64,000 nucleotides of DNA from Longimicrobiales bacterium (GCA_965249725.1 CBDFMQ010000002.1:288001-352000), one strand, 5' to 3'; positions 17,962 through 26,875 are shown, counted from the first letter of the stretch. Notes: a model not told the origin generated them from the sequence alone. Numbers and translations: made by a program.

Positions 17962-19335
17962 CTAGAAGACCGTCGCCCGCTTCGACCCTTCGGGTCCGTT
18001 GTCCCAATCCTGGACCGTGGAAATGTTGGGCATTCCCCAGTCATTCCCGTTCCAGCCCTGGAAGCCGTCCAGGCGGAAGGCCCAGAAGCCGGTCGTGAAG
18101 TCGGAAACGATGATCAGGCCGTCTTCGTTGCGGACATCGAGACCCATAGCGCCGTTGGCCACCTCGGTGAAGAACGAAGCTCCGCCGCCGTAGGCGATGT
18201 TGTCGGGCTGATCGTAGGTGTCGAAGCTGGCCACCGTGTAAGGGTTCTCCGGGTCCATCATGTTGAAGACCTGAAGCCCCTCCATGTAGTTCGCGACGAA
18301 CACGTAGGGCCAGCGCATCTCGAAGTTGTGGGCGTGCTTCTTCCAGTCCGCCGTCCACGCTCCGATGGGTCGCGTGATCATGTTGGTGGCGTCCGTCGCC
18401 TCCATGTCGAACAAGCGGATGGGGCTGTAGCGGAGATGGCCTTCGGAGATGCCGTACTTGTGGTCCGGCGTCACCGCGAACGTGTGATCGCGGGTCACCC
18501 CTGGAACACACGCAACCGATTTGATCAGCTGGGGCTCTTCTGGGCGGGTCACGTCGAAGACGTAGGTCCCTACCGGCTGGGAAGCGGCGTAGGCGAGGTC
18601 CCGGCCGGTCTCCGGATCGAAGGCGATGTAGAAGTCGTGGTAGGTATGTGACATCCCGGCGCCCGGACAGGGATTGGTCGGCACAGGCATCTGAGCGATG
18701 AGCCCGTTGTCCGGGGCCCCGTCCAGAAACATCTGCATGTCGTAGATGTTGGCGTAGGGCCCGTTCACCGTTGCGAAGAGGAGCACACGGCCGTCGGAGT
18801 GCTTATAGGCGAAGAGATTGTGAAACCCGCCCGGGCTGAGCGGGTCTCGGATACGTCCGACCTCGCGTACCGCCTCGGGATCAGGAAGTCCCGTTACGTC
18901 GAAGACCACCGCGCCGAGGTCGGCGTCCGGCCCACCCTGCTGGAATTGGAGACCCTGAGCGTAGTAGTAGCGATCGTTCAGCTTGAAGTACTTACCGTCG
19001 GTGCCGCCCGAGCCGCGGTGCAGCTCGGCGTTCTCGATGCGCCACCGGTAGATGATCTGCGAGCTCTCCGGCTTGGACACGTCGATGATGTCGACACCGC
19101 CCAGGAGCCAACGGGACACATACACGTAGGGTCGAGAGATCTCCTGCTCGATCTCGATGTCGCCCACGCTGAAGGCCTGTCCGAGCTGGATGTGTGACAC
19201 CAACTCGACGTTGGCGGTGCCCTGTTCGATGATCCCGTCCGCCGGCGGTGACTGTGCGTCGGCGGCTAGAGGACTCCAGGCCAAGACGGCCAGAGACAGC
19301 ACGACCCGGCGGGGGAGGGCACTAAGCAACTGCAT
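17962..19335 (-). CDS. Secreted His-rich beta-propeller protein, paralog P4 (most divergent)
   Basis: Same motifs (GGFHNLFAYKHSDGR, YHDFY, HNFEMRWPY, WNGNDWGMPN); ADA signal peptide; ATG 19335. Confidence 0.78.
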   Translation of the reverse strand: MQLLSALPRRVVLSLAVLAWSPLAADAQSPPADGIIEQGTANVELVSHIQLGQAFSVGDIEIEQEISRPYVYVSRWLLGGVDIIDVSKPESSQIIYRWRIENAELHRGSGGTDGKYFKLNDRYYYAQGLQFQQGGPDADLGAVVFDVTGLPDPEAVREVGRIRDPLSPGGFHNLFAYKHSDGRVLLFATVNGPYANIYDMQMFLDGAPDNGLIAQMPVPTNPCPGAGMSHTYHDFYIAFDPETGRDLAYAASQPVGTYVFDVTRPEEPQLIKSVACVPGVTRDHTFAVTPDHKYGISEGHLRYSPIRLFDMEATDATNMITRPIGAWTADWKKHAHNFEMRWPYVFVANYMEGLQVFNMMDPENPYTVASFDTYDQPDNIAYGGGASFFTEVANGAMGLDVRNEDGLIIVSDFTTGFWAFRLDGFQGWNGNDWGMPNISTVQDWDNGPEGSKRATVF

Positions 19336-19349
19336 GGGGTCGGCCGGTT

Positions 19350-19961
19350 TCAGCAGTTCTCTACTTCGAACGGGCCGTGCCCCGACGCGGAGTGCATCAG
19401 GCCGCTCCGGGAGATCCCCTGCATGAGGATCGGTCCCTTCCAAGCATTCCCGGGCCTATCGACATTCGCGGGGTCCCACGAACCCGGCTGCTCGGCCGTG
19501 ACGAACATGATGAACTTGTTGAAGTCCACCTGTCCCTTGAGCTCACGGTTTTCGTCGAGGACGCCCATTCTGACGATCGGGCTCAGGTTGGGCGGCGTTA
19601 CCCAAACGGTGTATTCCACGTTCGGGGGTCCCCGGAGTCCTTCGACGGCGAGGTGAACGTCGTAGACGTACCGGCCATCCACCGAAACCGCGATGCCGAA
19701 CGGCGACTGAGCGAAGGTCTTCGTGACGTATCCGACCGCACCCGGTGCGCTACCCGTGGCTGCCATGCGGATGTTGTAGTAGTCGGCGAGGGGCGCAACG
19801 GCCGGCGCAGCAGCGCAGATACCAACGACCGGATCGGGCACGCTCGCCGAGGCTGGTTCGGCCTGCCACAACGGCGAGGCGAACGCAAGCGTGACAGCGA
19901 CCAACATCATCGACACCCGACCCACGGGGGCGGATAGCTCGCTCAGCAGCCCAAAACGCAT
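19350..19961 (-). CDS. Secreted hypothetical protein with C-terminal MHSASGH...C tail
   Basis: GGAGGA RBS before ATG 19961; hydrophobic signal; beta-rich body; 14 bp upstream of P4. Confidence 0.7.
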   Translation of the reverse strand: MRFGLLSELSAPVGRVSMMLVAVTLAFASPLWQAEPASASVPDPVVGICAAAPAVAPLADYYNIRMAATGSAPGAVGYVTKTFAQSPFGIAVSVDGRYVYDVHLAVEGLRGPPNVEYTVWVTPPNLSPIVRMGVLDENRELKGQVDFNKFIMFVTAEQPGSWDPANVDRPGNAWKGPILMQGISRSGLMHSASGHGPFEVENC

Positions 19962-19997
19962 CTTGAATCCTCCACAGAAAGCCACGTTCAACCTCGA

Positions 19998-20026
19998 AAA
20001 TTACGCAGGGCGCCTCAGGGCTGCAA
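19998..20026 (-). promoter_or_regulatory. Possible sigma70 promoter for the 19961/P4 operon
   Basis: TTGCAG-N17-TAATTT on the minus strand. Confidence 0.35.
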
Positions 20027-20052
20027 GACAATGGGCCGGGTGCCCGGAGTCC

Positions 20053-21531
20053 TCATGTATCCTGAGCCGAGTCGAAAAGGTCCTGCACTCGCTCGGTTTC
20101 TACACGGCTTCCCGCCATCGAGATCGCGACGTACGTGATCATCGATAGGAGCAAAGCTGGAAAGACTTGATGTAGGCTCGCCGACCACGGTGTGAATCTC
20201 CACAGGAAAAGGGGGGCGAGCCCCGCGACATACGAGCCGATGACGGCGGTCCCATTGCCCCTGCGCCAGTAGAGCCCGAGGACGATCGCGGGAAGGAAGC
20301 ATGCTCCGTAGAGGCTGCCGGAAAGGGCGGTCAGGGTGACGATGCCCCCTGGGGGGTTCAGTGCGATAACGGCAGTGATCAGGGCGAAGATCGCTACATA
20401 GACACGTGTTGCGCGCAACGCGGAGGCATCGGAGCTGGGGGGACGGAACACTCCCACGAGATCTCGTTCGGCGGTAGACGCCATCACCAGGAGGACGCTG
20501 TCCAGCGACGACATCGCCGCAGCGACCATGGCAACCAGAAGGAACGCGGCACCCAGGGGAGAGAACACGCCGTCCATGGCAAGGAGCGTAGGCACGATCA
20601 AATCCGTGTCGGCGACGTCGCCGGGAATGACGCGTCGCGCGTACAGACCCACCGGCACGAGGAGGGAGTAGACGGCCGTGAACGTGAGTGTGCTGACCAC
20701 CATGCCGGTCTTCGTCGCCTGTGCGCCTTCGAGCGCGTAGAAGCGGGACAACTGACGAGGCTCGACCGCGAACTTGATGGTGCCGGCGACCAGCACTCCG
20801 AACAGGGCCGGGACCGCGACGCCACCTCCCCAGGTGAACAGGTGGGATGTCTCGGGGGCCTGCCGGATCAGCTCGATGGCCCCGAGCCCCCCAGCCGCAC
20901 TCACCGTACCCGTGAAGAGTAGGATGGCCGCCACGGACATGACGATGCCCTGGACGGCATCGGTCTTCACCACAGAGATGAAGCCTCCTACCGCCGTGTA
21001 GAGCATGACCACGACGAACACGATCGCGATCGAGAGTTTATAGGGGATGTCCATGAAGGTCTCCAGGAGATTGCCGATTCCCTTGAAGACCGCCGTCATG
21101 TAGAAGAGACTCGCGAACAAGACGATGACCGCCGCGAGGAAGCGCGCAGCCGTGCTCTCGAAGCGGAATCCGATGAAGTCGGGAACCGTCAGAGAATCGA
21201 GGGAACGCGTGAAGACCCTCAAGCGAGGAGCGACGACCGCCCAGGCGAAGAACGAAAAGCCCACCACGAAGGGCACCAAGAGGAGCCAGGGTGCTCCCCA
21301 CGCATGGGCCTGACCAGAGAAGCCGATGAAGGAGTTGGTGCTCGAGTAGGTGGCGAAGAACGAAAGGCCGAGGGCCAAGCCGCCCATCCCTCGGCCCCCC
21401 ACGTAGTAGTCGGCCAGCCCCTTCGTCTCCTTCTTTCCGGCGTATGCGTGGTAGGCGAGGAGGACCGTGTAGAGTGACAACAACAGGTGGACGAGCCAGA
21501 ACTCGCGCAGGTTGTCGAGGATGGCGCTCAC
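20053..21531 (-). CDS. Sodium:solute symporter (SSS family)
   Basis: DYYVGGR, ATYSSTNSFIG, GGFISVVKTDAVQG and AAAMSSLDS motifs; about 13 TM segments. Confidence 0.92.
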   Translation of the reverse strand: MSAILDNLREFWLVHLLLSLYTVLLAYHAYAGKKETKGLADYYVGGRGMGGLALGLSFFATYSSTNSFIGFSGQAHAWGAPWLLLVPFVVGFSFFAWAVVAPRLRVFTRSLDSLTVPDFIGFRFESTAARFLAAVIVLFASLFYMTAVFKGIGNLLETFMDIPYKLSIAIVFVVVMLYTAVGGFISVVKTDAVQGIVMSVAAILLFTGTVSAAGGLGAIELIRQAPETSHLFTWGGGVAVPALFGVLVAGTIKFAVEPRQLSRFYALEGAQATKTGMVVSTLTFTAVYSLLVPVGLYARRVIPGDVADTDLIVPTLLAMDGVFSPLGAAFLLVAMVAAAMSSLDSVLLVMASTAERDLVGVFRPPSSDASALRATRVYVAIFALITAVIALNPPGGIVTLTALSGSLYGACFLPAIVLGLYWRRGNGTAVIGSYVAGLAPLFLWRFTPWSASLHQVFPALLLSMITYVAISMAGSRVETERVQDLFDSAQDT

Positions 21532-23192
21532 TGGGAGTCCCCTGACGCGAAGAGACCCTTCACGTCTTGTTTTTGCACCTTGCCCATGCTGTTGCGGGGC
21601 AAGTCGTCGAAGACCCTCAGTTCGCTCGGCACCTTGTACGGGGCGAGTCGGCCCTTGACCCAGCCCAGCACGGCATCCACGTCGACCGGCGAATCGCTCG
21701 CAGGGACTACGACTCCGCAGAGGCGTTCCCCCAGCTCAGGGTCGGGCACACCCACGATCGCGCAGTCCAAGACATGCGGATGCTCTCTCACCGTTTCCTC
21801 TATCTGTAGAGCCGACACCTTGTAGCCGCTCACCTTGATGATGTCGACGGACAGGCGGCCGAGGAGACGGTAGTACCCGTCCTCGACCACCGCCACGTCG
21901 CCGGTGCGAAACCACCCGTCGTCGAACGCCTCACTCGTCTCCTCAGGCCTACGCCAATACTCGGAGAAGACACCGGGCCCCCGTACCTCCAACTCCCCTG
22001 GGCTTTCCGGCTCTACCACGAGCTCGCCTGACTCGTCGACGCGCCGGACCTCTACTCCAGGAAGTGGTTGTCCCACATGGCCGGCACGCCGTTCCCCCAG
22101 GAGTGGGTTCGAGAGACCCATGCCGATTTCGGTCATCCCGTACCTCTCGAGGAGTGTATGTCCGGTGATCTCCCGCCATCGCTCGAGTACGCTGACGGGG
22201 AGTGCAGCCGAGCCGGACACCATGAGGCGCAGTTTCCGCGCCCCCTGGCTCCATCGCTCCTGGTCTTCCGGACTCGCCCCGTCCCACGCGTCGATGAGCC
22301 TGACGTAGACCGTGGGCACCGCCATGAACAGGGTGACGTCGCCCGAGGCGAAACACTCCCACGTATCGGTGGCGTTGAAACGGGGGAGCATCTGACAGCA
22401 GGCCCCGGCCCACAGGGCAGAGGTGACTACGTTGATGATGCCGTGCACGTGATGGAGGGGCAGCACCAACAGAACGCGGTCGTCGGGGCTCCAGCCCCAG
22501 GCGCCGACGAGGGAGGTGACTTGGGCTTCGATTTGCGAATGGGTCGTCACCACCCCCTTGGGTCGGCCCGTCGTGCCGCTCGTGTAGACCATGAGGGCTC
22601 GCCGGACAGGGGAGATGTCGGGCAGGGCGGGGGGCCCGGCGGGGGGCCCGGCGGGGGGCCCGGCGGGGGGCCCGGCGGCGGGCTCCTCGGTGGGCTCCGC
22701 GGGCACCACCGGAGCCGCTTCGGCGCACAACGCATCCGAATCCAGAGCCTCGAATCCTCGCTCCTGAGCCAGCGGGATGATTCGGTCGGCCAACGACGGG
22801 TGAACGACTACGGCGGTCGGCTCGGCGTCGTCCAGGACTTGCGCCAGCTCGGGGGGCGGATGCGAGATCGCCAATGGGACGGCTACGCCCCCTCCCATCC
22901 AGATTCCCCACTGGACCGCTACATGTTGGAATCCGGGGGGGACCAGGTAGGCGACGCGGGCCTCGGCGAGATCCGTGGCTTCTCCGTCCGTTGGCAGGAC
23001 CGCTGCCGAGAGCCGTTTGGCCACACCGTGCGCGGCCGAGAGAAGGTCCCTGTACGTGAACGAGCCCTCGTCGCAGGTGACTGCTGTACGGGCCAGGTTG
23101 GCTCGGGCCCGCCCGATCAGTGTGGGCTCTCGAGGCGCGCGCGCGCCCTGCGGGTCGGACGGATCAGGCATCGGCGCCTTAGGGGCTTTCAA
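21528..23192 (-). CDS. Acyl-CoA synthetase (MatB/ACSF3-like)
   Basis: YTSGTTGRPKG, LPLHHVHG, ERYGMTE, GWFRTGD and PRNSMGKV; start 23192 (TTG) or 23171. Confidence 0.9.
   Translation of the reverse strand: MKAPKAPMPDPSDPQGARAPREPTLIGRARANLARTAVTCDEGSFTYRDLLSAAHGVAKRLSAAVLPTDGEATDLAEARVAYLVPPGFQHVAVQWGIWMGGGVAVPLAISHPPPELAQVLDDAEPTAVVVHPSLADRIIPLAQERGFEALDSDALCAEAAPVVPAEPTEEPAAGPPAGPPAGPPAGPPALPDISPVRRALMVYTSGTTGRPKGVVTTHSQIEAQVTSLVGAWGWSPDDRVLLVLPLHHVHGIINVVTSALWAGACCQMLPRFNATDTWECFASGDVTLFMAVPTVYVRLIDAWDGASPEDQERWSQGARKLRLMVSGSAALPVSVLERWREITGHTLLERYGMTEIGMGLSNPLLGERRAGHVGQPLPGVEVRRVDESGELVVEPESPGELEVRGPGVFSEYWRRPEETSEAFDDGWFRTGDVAVVEDGYYRLLGRLSVDIIKVSGYKVSALQIEETVREHPHVLDCAIVGVPDPELGERLCGVVVPASDSPVDVDAVLGWVKGRLAPYKVPSELRVFDDLPRNSMGKVQKQDVKGLFASGDSQ
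22626..22673 (+). repeat. 12-bp tandem repeat (GGCGGGGGGCCC)x4 inside the acyl-CoA synthetase gene
   Basis: Four perfect copies encoding GPPA repeats on the minus strand. Confidence 0.95.
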
Positions 23193-23280
23193 GGCAACAA
23201 GTTACAAGAATCAGGAAGAGTTTTCCCCTAATCGGAAGAGTTGAGCCGGCGAGAAGCCAGGAATGACGCGGAAAGCCCGA

Positions 23281-23297
23281 TTGGCATGGCTGTTGCA
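23281..23297 (+). promoter_or_regulatory. Sigma54 -24/-12 promoter
   Basis: TTGGCATGGCTGTTGCA: GG-N10-GC with near-consensus TGGCA and TTGCA, 41 bp upstream of a small ORF. Confidence 0.65.
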
Positions 23298-23338
23298 CTT
23301 ATTTCGGGGTGGAAACTCCCTTAACACGGTGGAGCACC

Positions 23339-23521
23339 ATGAACGCCACAGCGATCTCGCCGACTTCTCGGGGAGAAAAACGTTACAGGGCATACTTGGA
23401 TGCGATACGTCGCGGCAAGAAGAAGCGCCATTTCCTTCACGGCCTCAAGGTCGCCCTAATTGGTATTGCAATCGGCGTGATCGGGGCCCTGATCATCGCC
23501 GCCTGGCAGTTCCCAACCTAG
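23339..23521 (+). CDS. Small (60 aa) basic protein with C-terminal TM helix
   Basis: GGAG RBS and upstream sigma54 motif; RRGKKKR followed by a hydrophobic helix. Confidence 0.6.
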   Translation: MNATAISPTSRGEKRYRAYLDAIRRGKKKRHFLHGLKVALIGIAIGVIGALIIAAWQFPT

Positions 23522-23542
23522 CTCTGGGACCGCTTCGCACCG

Positions 23543-24322
23543 CTACCCCCCCACCAGTGCCAACACCCTGAGCGGACTCCCGCTCCCGTCCACGATTTTC
23601 AGCGGCGCCGCCACGATGACCGATCCGGTCGCCGGTAGCTGATCCAGGTTACACAGGCTGGCCAAGCCGAGCTTGCCCGCGCCGTGCATGATCGTGTGGT
23701 TGGGGAAGGGTGGATCGAACCCTCCAGCCTGACCCGCGTCCGTCCCGATCGTCTCGACCCCGACTCCCGTCACGTCACGTTCGTAGGCCAGAAACTCGGA
23801 TCCCTCCTTGGCGAATCCGGGCGTATGGGGACCGTCGTCCGATACGTTCTGGAAGTCGGCCGGGTCGGTTCTCTTTCCCCACCCGGTCTGCAGAAGTACC
23901 CAGGCGCGTGCGGGGATCCGTCCGTTCTCCTGCTCCCAAGCTTCGATCCGAGCGGGAGTGAGCAGGAAGTCGGGGTCGTCGGCGACCTCCGCGGTGACGT
24001 CGATCACGCAGCCTGGACCCACAAACCGTCCCGCCGGCAGTGTGTCGCATGCATTGTTCGGCAGGTCCTTGCCGGTCACCCAATGAATCGGTGCGTCGAA
24101 GTGGGTGCCTGTATGCTCTCCTAGGGTGATCGTGTTCCAGTACCATGCCGGTCCGCGATCATCGTAACGCGAGATCAAGTCGATACTCACGCCGGGTGAC
24201 GGCGCAAAGATGTCGGGGAGCCCGATGACCGGAGTGTCCGGCCCAAGCGGCTGCGTGAGATCCACGACTCGGATCGCACCGGATGAGAGGCCCTCGGCGA
24301 GCTGCGTTAGGACTGAAGACAT
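23543..24322 (-). CDS. Cyclase family metal-dependent hydrolase (KynB/isatin hydrolase-like)
   Basis: EHTGTHFDAPIH, GVGVETIGTD and PLKIVDGSGSPLR motifs. Confidence 0.9.
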   Translation of the reverse strand: MSSVLTQLAEGLSSGAIRVVDLTQPLGPDTPVIGLPDIFAPSPGVSIDLISRYDDRGPAWYWNTITLGEHTGTHFDAPIHWVTGKDLPNNACDTLPAGRFVGPGCVIDVTAEVADDPDFLLTPARIEAWEQENGRIPARAWVLLQTGWGKRTDPADFQNVSDDGPHTPGFAKEGSEFLAYERDVTGVGVETIGTDAGQAGGFDPPFPNHTIMHGAGKLGLASLCNLDQLPATGSVIVAAPLKIVDGSGSPLRVLALVGG

Positions 24323-24592
24323 GATCGGTTTCCTTCTCTCGTTGCTGATCGGCAGGCGGGGCCCCGCAGATCGGGCGTGGGCGCTCGGGACGCACGTTCA
24401 CCCCGTGATGAGAGTCACTCACCGTACGGTCGGCCGCCGGTCGTTGCAAGCCTGATTGCAGGGCTGGCTGGGGGGTTCCGTGGGTGCCCAAGGCGCAGTC
24501 ATGAACACGCCCATCGAATCACCGGTCGCCCCCTCACCATCCCACCCAAGCCTGCGCGAAAGCGGGAGCCGGTGGATCCCGAGCGGGCCTGC

Positions 24593-24706
24593 TCGGGGAG
24601 CAGGTGCGCTACCCTCGCCCGAACCCGTCCGCCCGAAGCGCTGGTAGCGAAGCGGTGGTAGAGTAGCGGGGTTCGGGTGAGGGCGGCGCACCTAGCTCCC
24701 ATCACC
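24593..24706. repeat. Structured intergenic hairpin element, copy 1
   Basis: GGAGC-AGG/N16/GAAC...GTTC/N16'/CCTAGCTCC; shares ends and loop with 51205-51306 (opposite orientation). Confidence 0.85.
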
Positions 24707-24734
24707 CGGGTTGAGGCGATCCGCCGACTCCCAG

Positions 24735-25328
24735 CTAAACCGCGCCCTCGAAGAACGGGTTCTCCCCCGACGCGTGGTCGGTGACGTCGTGGATGACCGT
24801 GATCTCGGGGACGGCCTGACGGACCATCCGCTCCACGCCTTGGCGTAGCGTCATGCGGGACATCGCGCAGCCCTGGCAGCCACCGCTCATCTCCAGGTAG
24901 ATCTCGGTGCCCTGCACGTCGACCAACGAGATGGCACCGCCGTGGGAAGCGATCGCCGGGTTGATCTGGCTCTCGAGGATCTCTCGGACCTGCTCGGCCA
25001 GAGCCCCGTCGGGAGCACTGGACGGGGCACCTGCGCCTGCTGCGGCCAGGCGGACCTCGAATCCGCTCTCGTTGGCGCGCTCGACGAAATCGACCGTGGC
25101 GTCGTCGAGGCGTGGAGCCATCTCCTCGTCGACGACGAGGGTGAGACCTTCCACAGCCAGCTCGACCTCGCCGCTGCGAATCTCGTCGGGCCCGACCAGG
25201 GTGAGCTCGAAGTCCGGAGCCGCCGGCGTGCCGCCGGAGACGGCGATCCTCAGCGCCGTGAGTTCGCCGCCGCTCTGGTCGATATAGCTGCGAACCACTT
25301 CGAGGGCTCTGTCCGTCAGCGTTGTCAT
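24735..25328 (-). CDS. nfuA: NfuA-like Fe-S cluster carrier (degenerate A-type domain plus Nfu domain)
   Basis: INPAIASHGG, GGCQGC and DVTDHASGENP; Cys-less ATC-like N-terminal domain. Confidence 0.85.
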   Translation of the reverse strand: MTTLTDRALEVVRSYIDQSGGELTALRIAVSGGTPAAPDFELTLVGPDEIRSGEVELAVEGLTLVVDEEMAPRLDDATVDFVERANESGFEVRLAAAGAGAPSSAPDGALAEQVREILESQINPAIASHGGAISLVDVQGTEIYLEMSGGCQGCAMSRMTLRQGVERMVRQAVPEITVIHDVTDHASGENPFFEGAV

Positions 25329-25552
25329 CGAGAACACTCCTGCCGGGTACGGTAACAAACGTTCCTACAAACCATCCTAAGGACGTTCCGGATTGGGTCG
25401 GCGCCGTATACCCGCGAATCATTCCGGGGTTCTCTTCTCGGTTGATGAGGTGCGCCGGGGCGTCTAGCTTCCACCCTTTCGCAGGACCCGAAACATCCCA
25501 CGGTGCCCCGACCCTCTTGGTGGCTCGCGCAATTCGGAAACGGAACCAATAG

Positions 25553-26875
25553 ATGGCCGACACTCAGTTGATGGATAAGCTCACGTCTCTCGCCAAGCGC
25601 CGAGGGTTCATCTTCCAATCCTCCGAGATCTATGGCGGGACGGGTGCCGTTTGGGACTACGGCCCCCTCGGAATCGAGCTCAAGCGCAACGTGAAGGATC
25701 GCTGGTGGAGCACCATGGTCCATCAGCGTGACGACGTCGAGGGCCTGGATGCATCCATCCTCATGCATCCCAGGGTCTGGGAGGCTTCAGGCCATGTGGA
25801 CGGGTTCACGGACCCGCTCGTCGAGTGCTCGAATTGCCACCGCCGGTTCCGGGCCGACCTCCCCGAGGTCGAGAACGGTCAGTGCCCTACCTGTGGGACC
25901 AAGGAGGCGTTCGGCGAGGCGCGGATGTTCAACCTCATGTTCAAGACCTTCATGGGACCGGTCGAGGACGATGCATCGGTCATCTATCTCCGCCCTGAGA
26001 CGGCCCAGGGGTCGTACGTCAACTTCCTGAACGTGCAGACGGCGTCACGGCAGAAGATCCCGTTCGGGATCGCCCAGATCGGCAAGGCGTTCCGCAACGA
26101 GATCACGCCCGGAAACTTCATCTTCCGAACCCGAGAATTCGAGCAGATGGAGCTCCAGTTCTTCGTTGAGCCCGGCCAAGACGACGAGTGGTTCGATTAC
26201 TGGATGAACGCGCGCATGGAATGGCATCTCTCGCTGGGGATCCGCAAGGAGAAGCTCCGCTTCCACGAACACGGCCCCGACGAGCTCGCCCACTACGCGA
26301 AGAAGGCGTTCGACATCGAGTACGAATACCCGTTCGGCTGGAAGGAATTCGAGGGCATCCACAATCGGACCGACTTCGATCTCTCCCGCCACCAGGAGTA
26401 TTCGGGCAAGAGGTTGGAGTACATCGATCCGGCCGAGGGCAAGCGGTTCGTCCCCTACGTCGTCGAAACGGCGGTTGGAGTGGACCGAACCGTTCTGGTG
26501 GCACTCGTGGACGCGTATCGGGAGGAGGAGATCGAGGGCGAGACTCGGGTCGTGCTGAGCCTCGATCCGGGCTTGGCGCCGATCAAGGTCGCCGTGTTCC
26601 CCCTGGTCAAGAAGGACGGTCTACCCGAGATCGCCAAGAAGCTGGATGCAGATCTTCGTGGCAGTGCCATCCCGTCGTTCTACGACGCGGCGGGATCCAT
26701 CGGGAAACGCTACCGGCGGCAAGATGAGGCGGGCACGCCGTGGTGTGTTACGGTGGACGGTCAGACTGTGGAGGACGGCACGGTCACCGTCCGTGACCGG
26801 GATACGCTGGAACAGGTCAGGGTGAGCGGCGAGTCGGTGCCCGAGTGGGTGCGGGAACGGTTGTCGGGATCGTGA
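25553..26875 (+). CDS. glyQS: Glycine--tRNA ligase, alpha2 (homodimeric) type
   Basis: [44 protein letters not shown] and [11 protein letters not shown]. Confidence 0.97.
   Translation: MADTQLMDKLTSLAKRRGFIFQSSEIYGGTGAVWDYGPLGIELKRNVKDRWWSTMVHQRDDVEGLDASILMHPRVWEASGHVDGFTDPLVECSNCHRRFRADLPEVENGQCPTCGTKEAFGEARMFNLMFKTFMGPVEDDASVIYLRPETAQGSYVNFLNVQTASRQKIPFGIAQIGKAFRNEITPGNFIFRTREFEQMELQFFVEPGQDDEWFDYWMNARMEWHLSLGIRKEKLRFHEHGPDELAHYAKKAFDIEYEYPFGWKEFEGIHNRTDFDLSRHQEYSGKRLEYIDPAEGKRFVPYVVETAVGVDRTVLVALVDAYREEEIEGETRVVLSLDPGLAPIKVAVFPLVKKDGLPEIAKKLDADLRGSAIPSFYDAAGSIGKRYRRQDEAGTPWCVTVDGQTVEDGTVTVRDRDTLEQVRVSGESVPEWVRERLSGS

Noticed and set aside
23517..23546. CCTAGCTC and ACCGCTTCGC words echoing the hairpin element
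   Set aside because: Too short and no stem; could be chance in GC-rich DNA
24640..24690. tRNA-like words TGGTAGAG and GGGGTTCG
   Set aside because: Too close together, with no anticodon arm or acceptor stem; they belong to the hairpin element loop
24593..24706. Integron attC interpretation of the hairpin element
   Set aside because: The AAC/GTT words are internal rather than terminal RYYYAAC/GTTRRRY boxes; no integrase or cassette array in the window
25329..25552. T-box leader upstream of glyQS
   Set aside because: No convincing GGTGG.ACCGCG T-box or terminator
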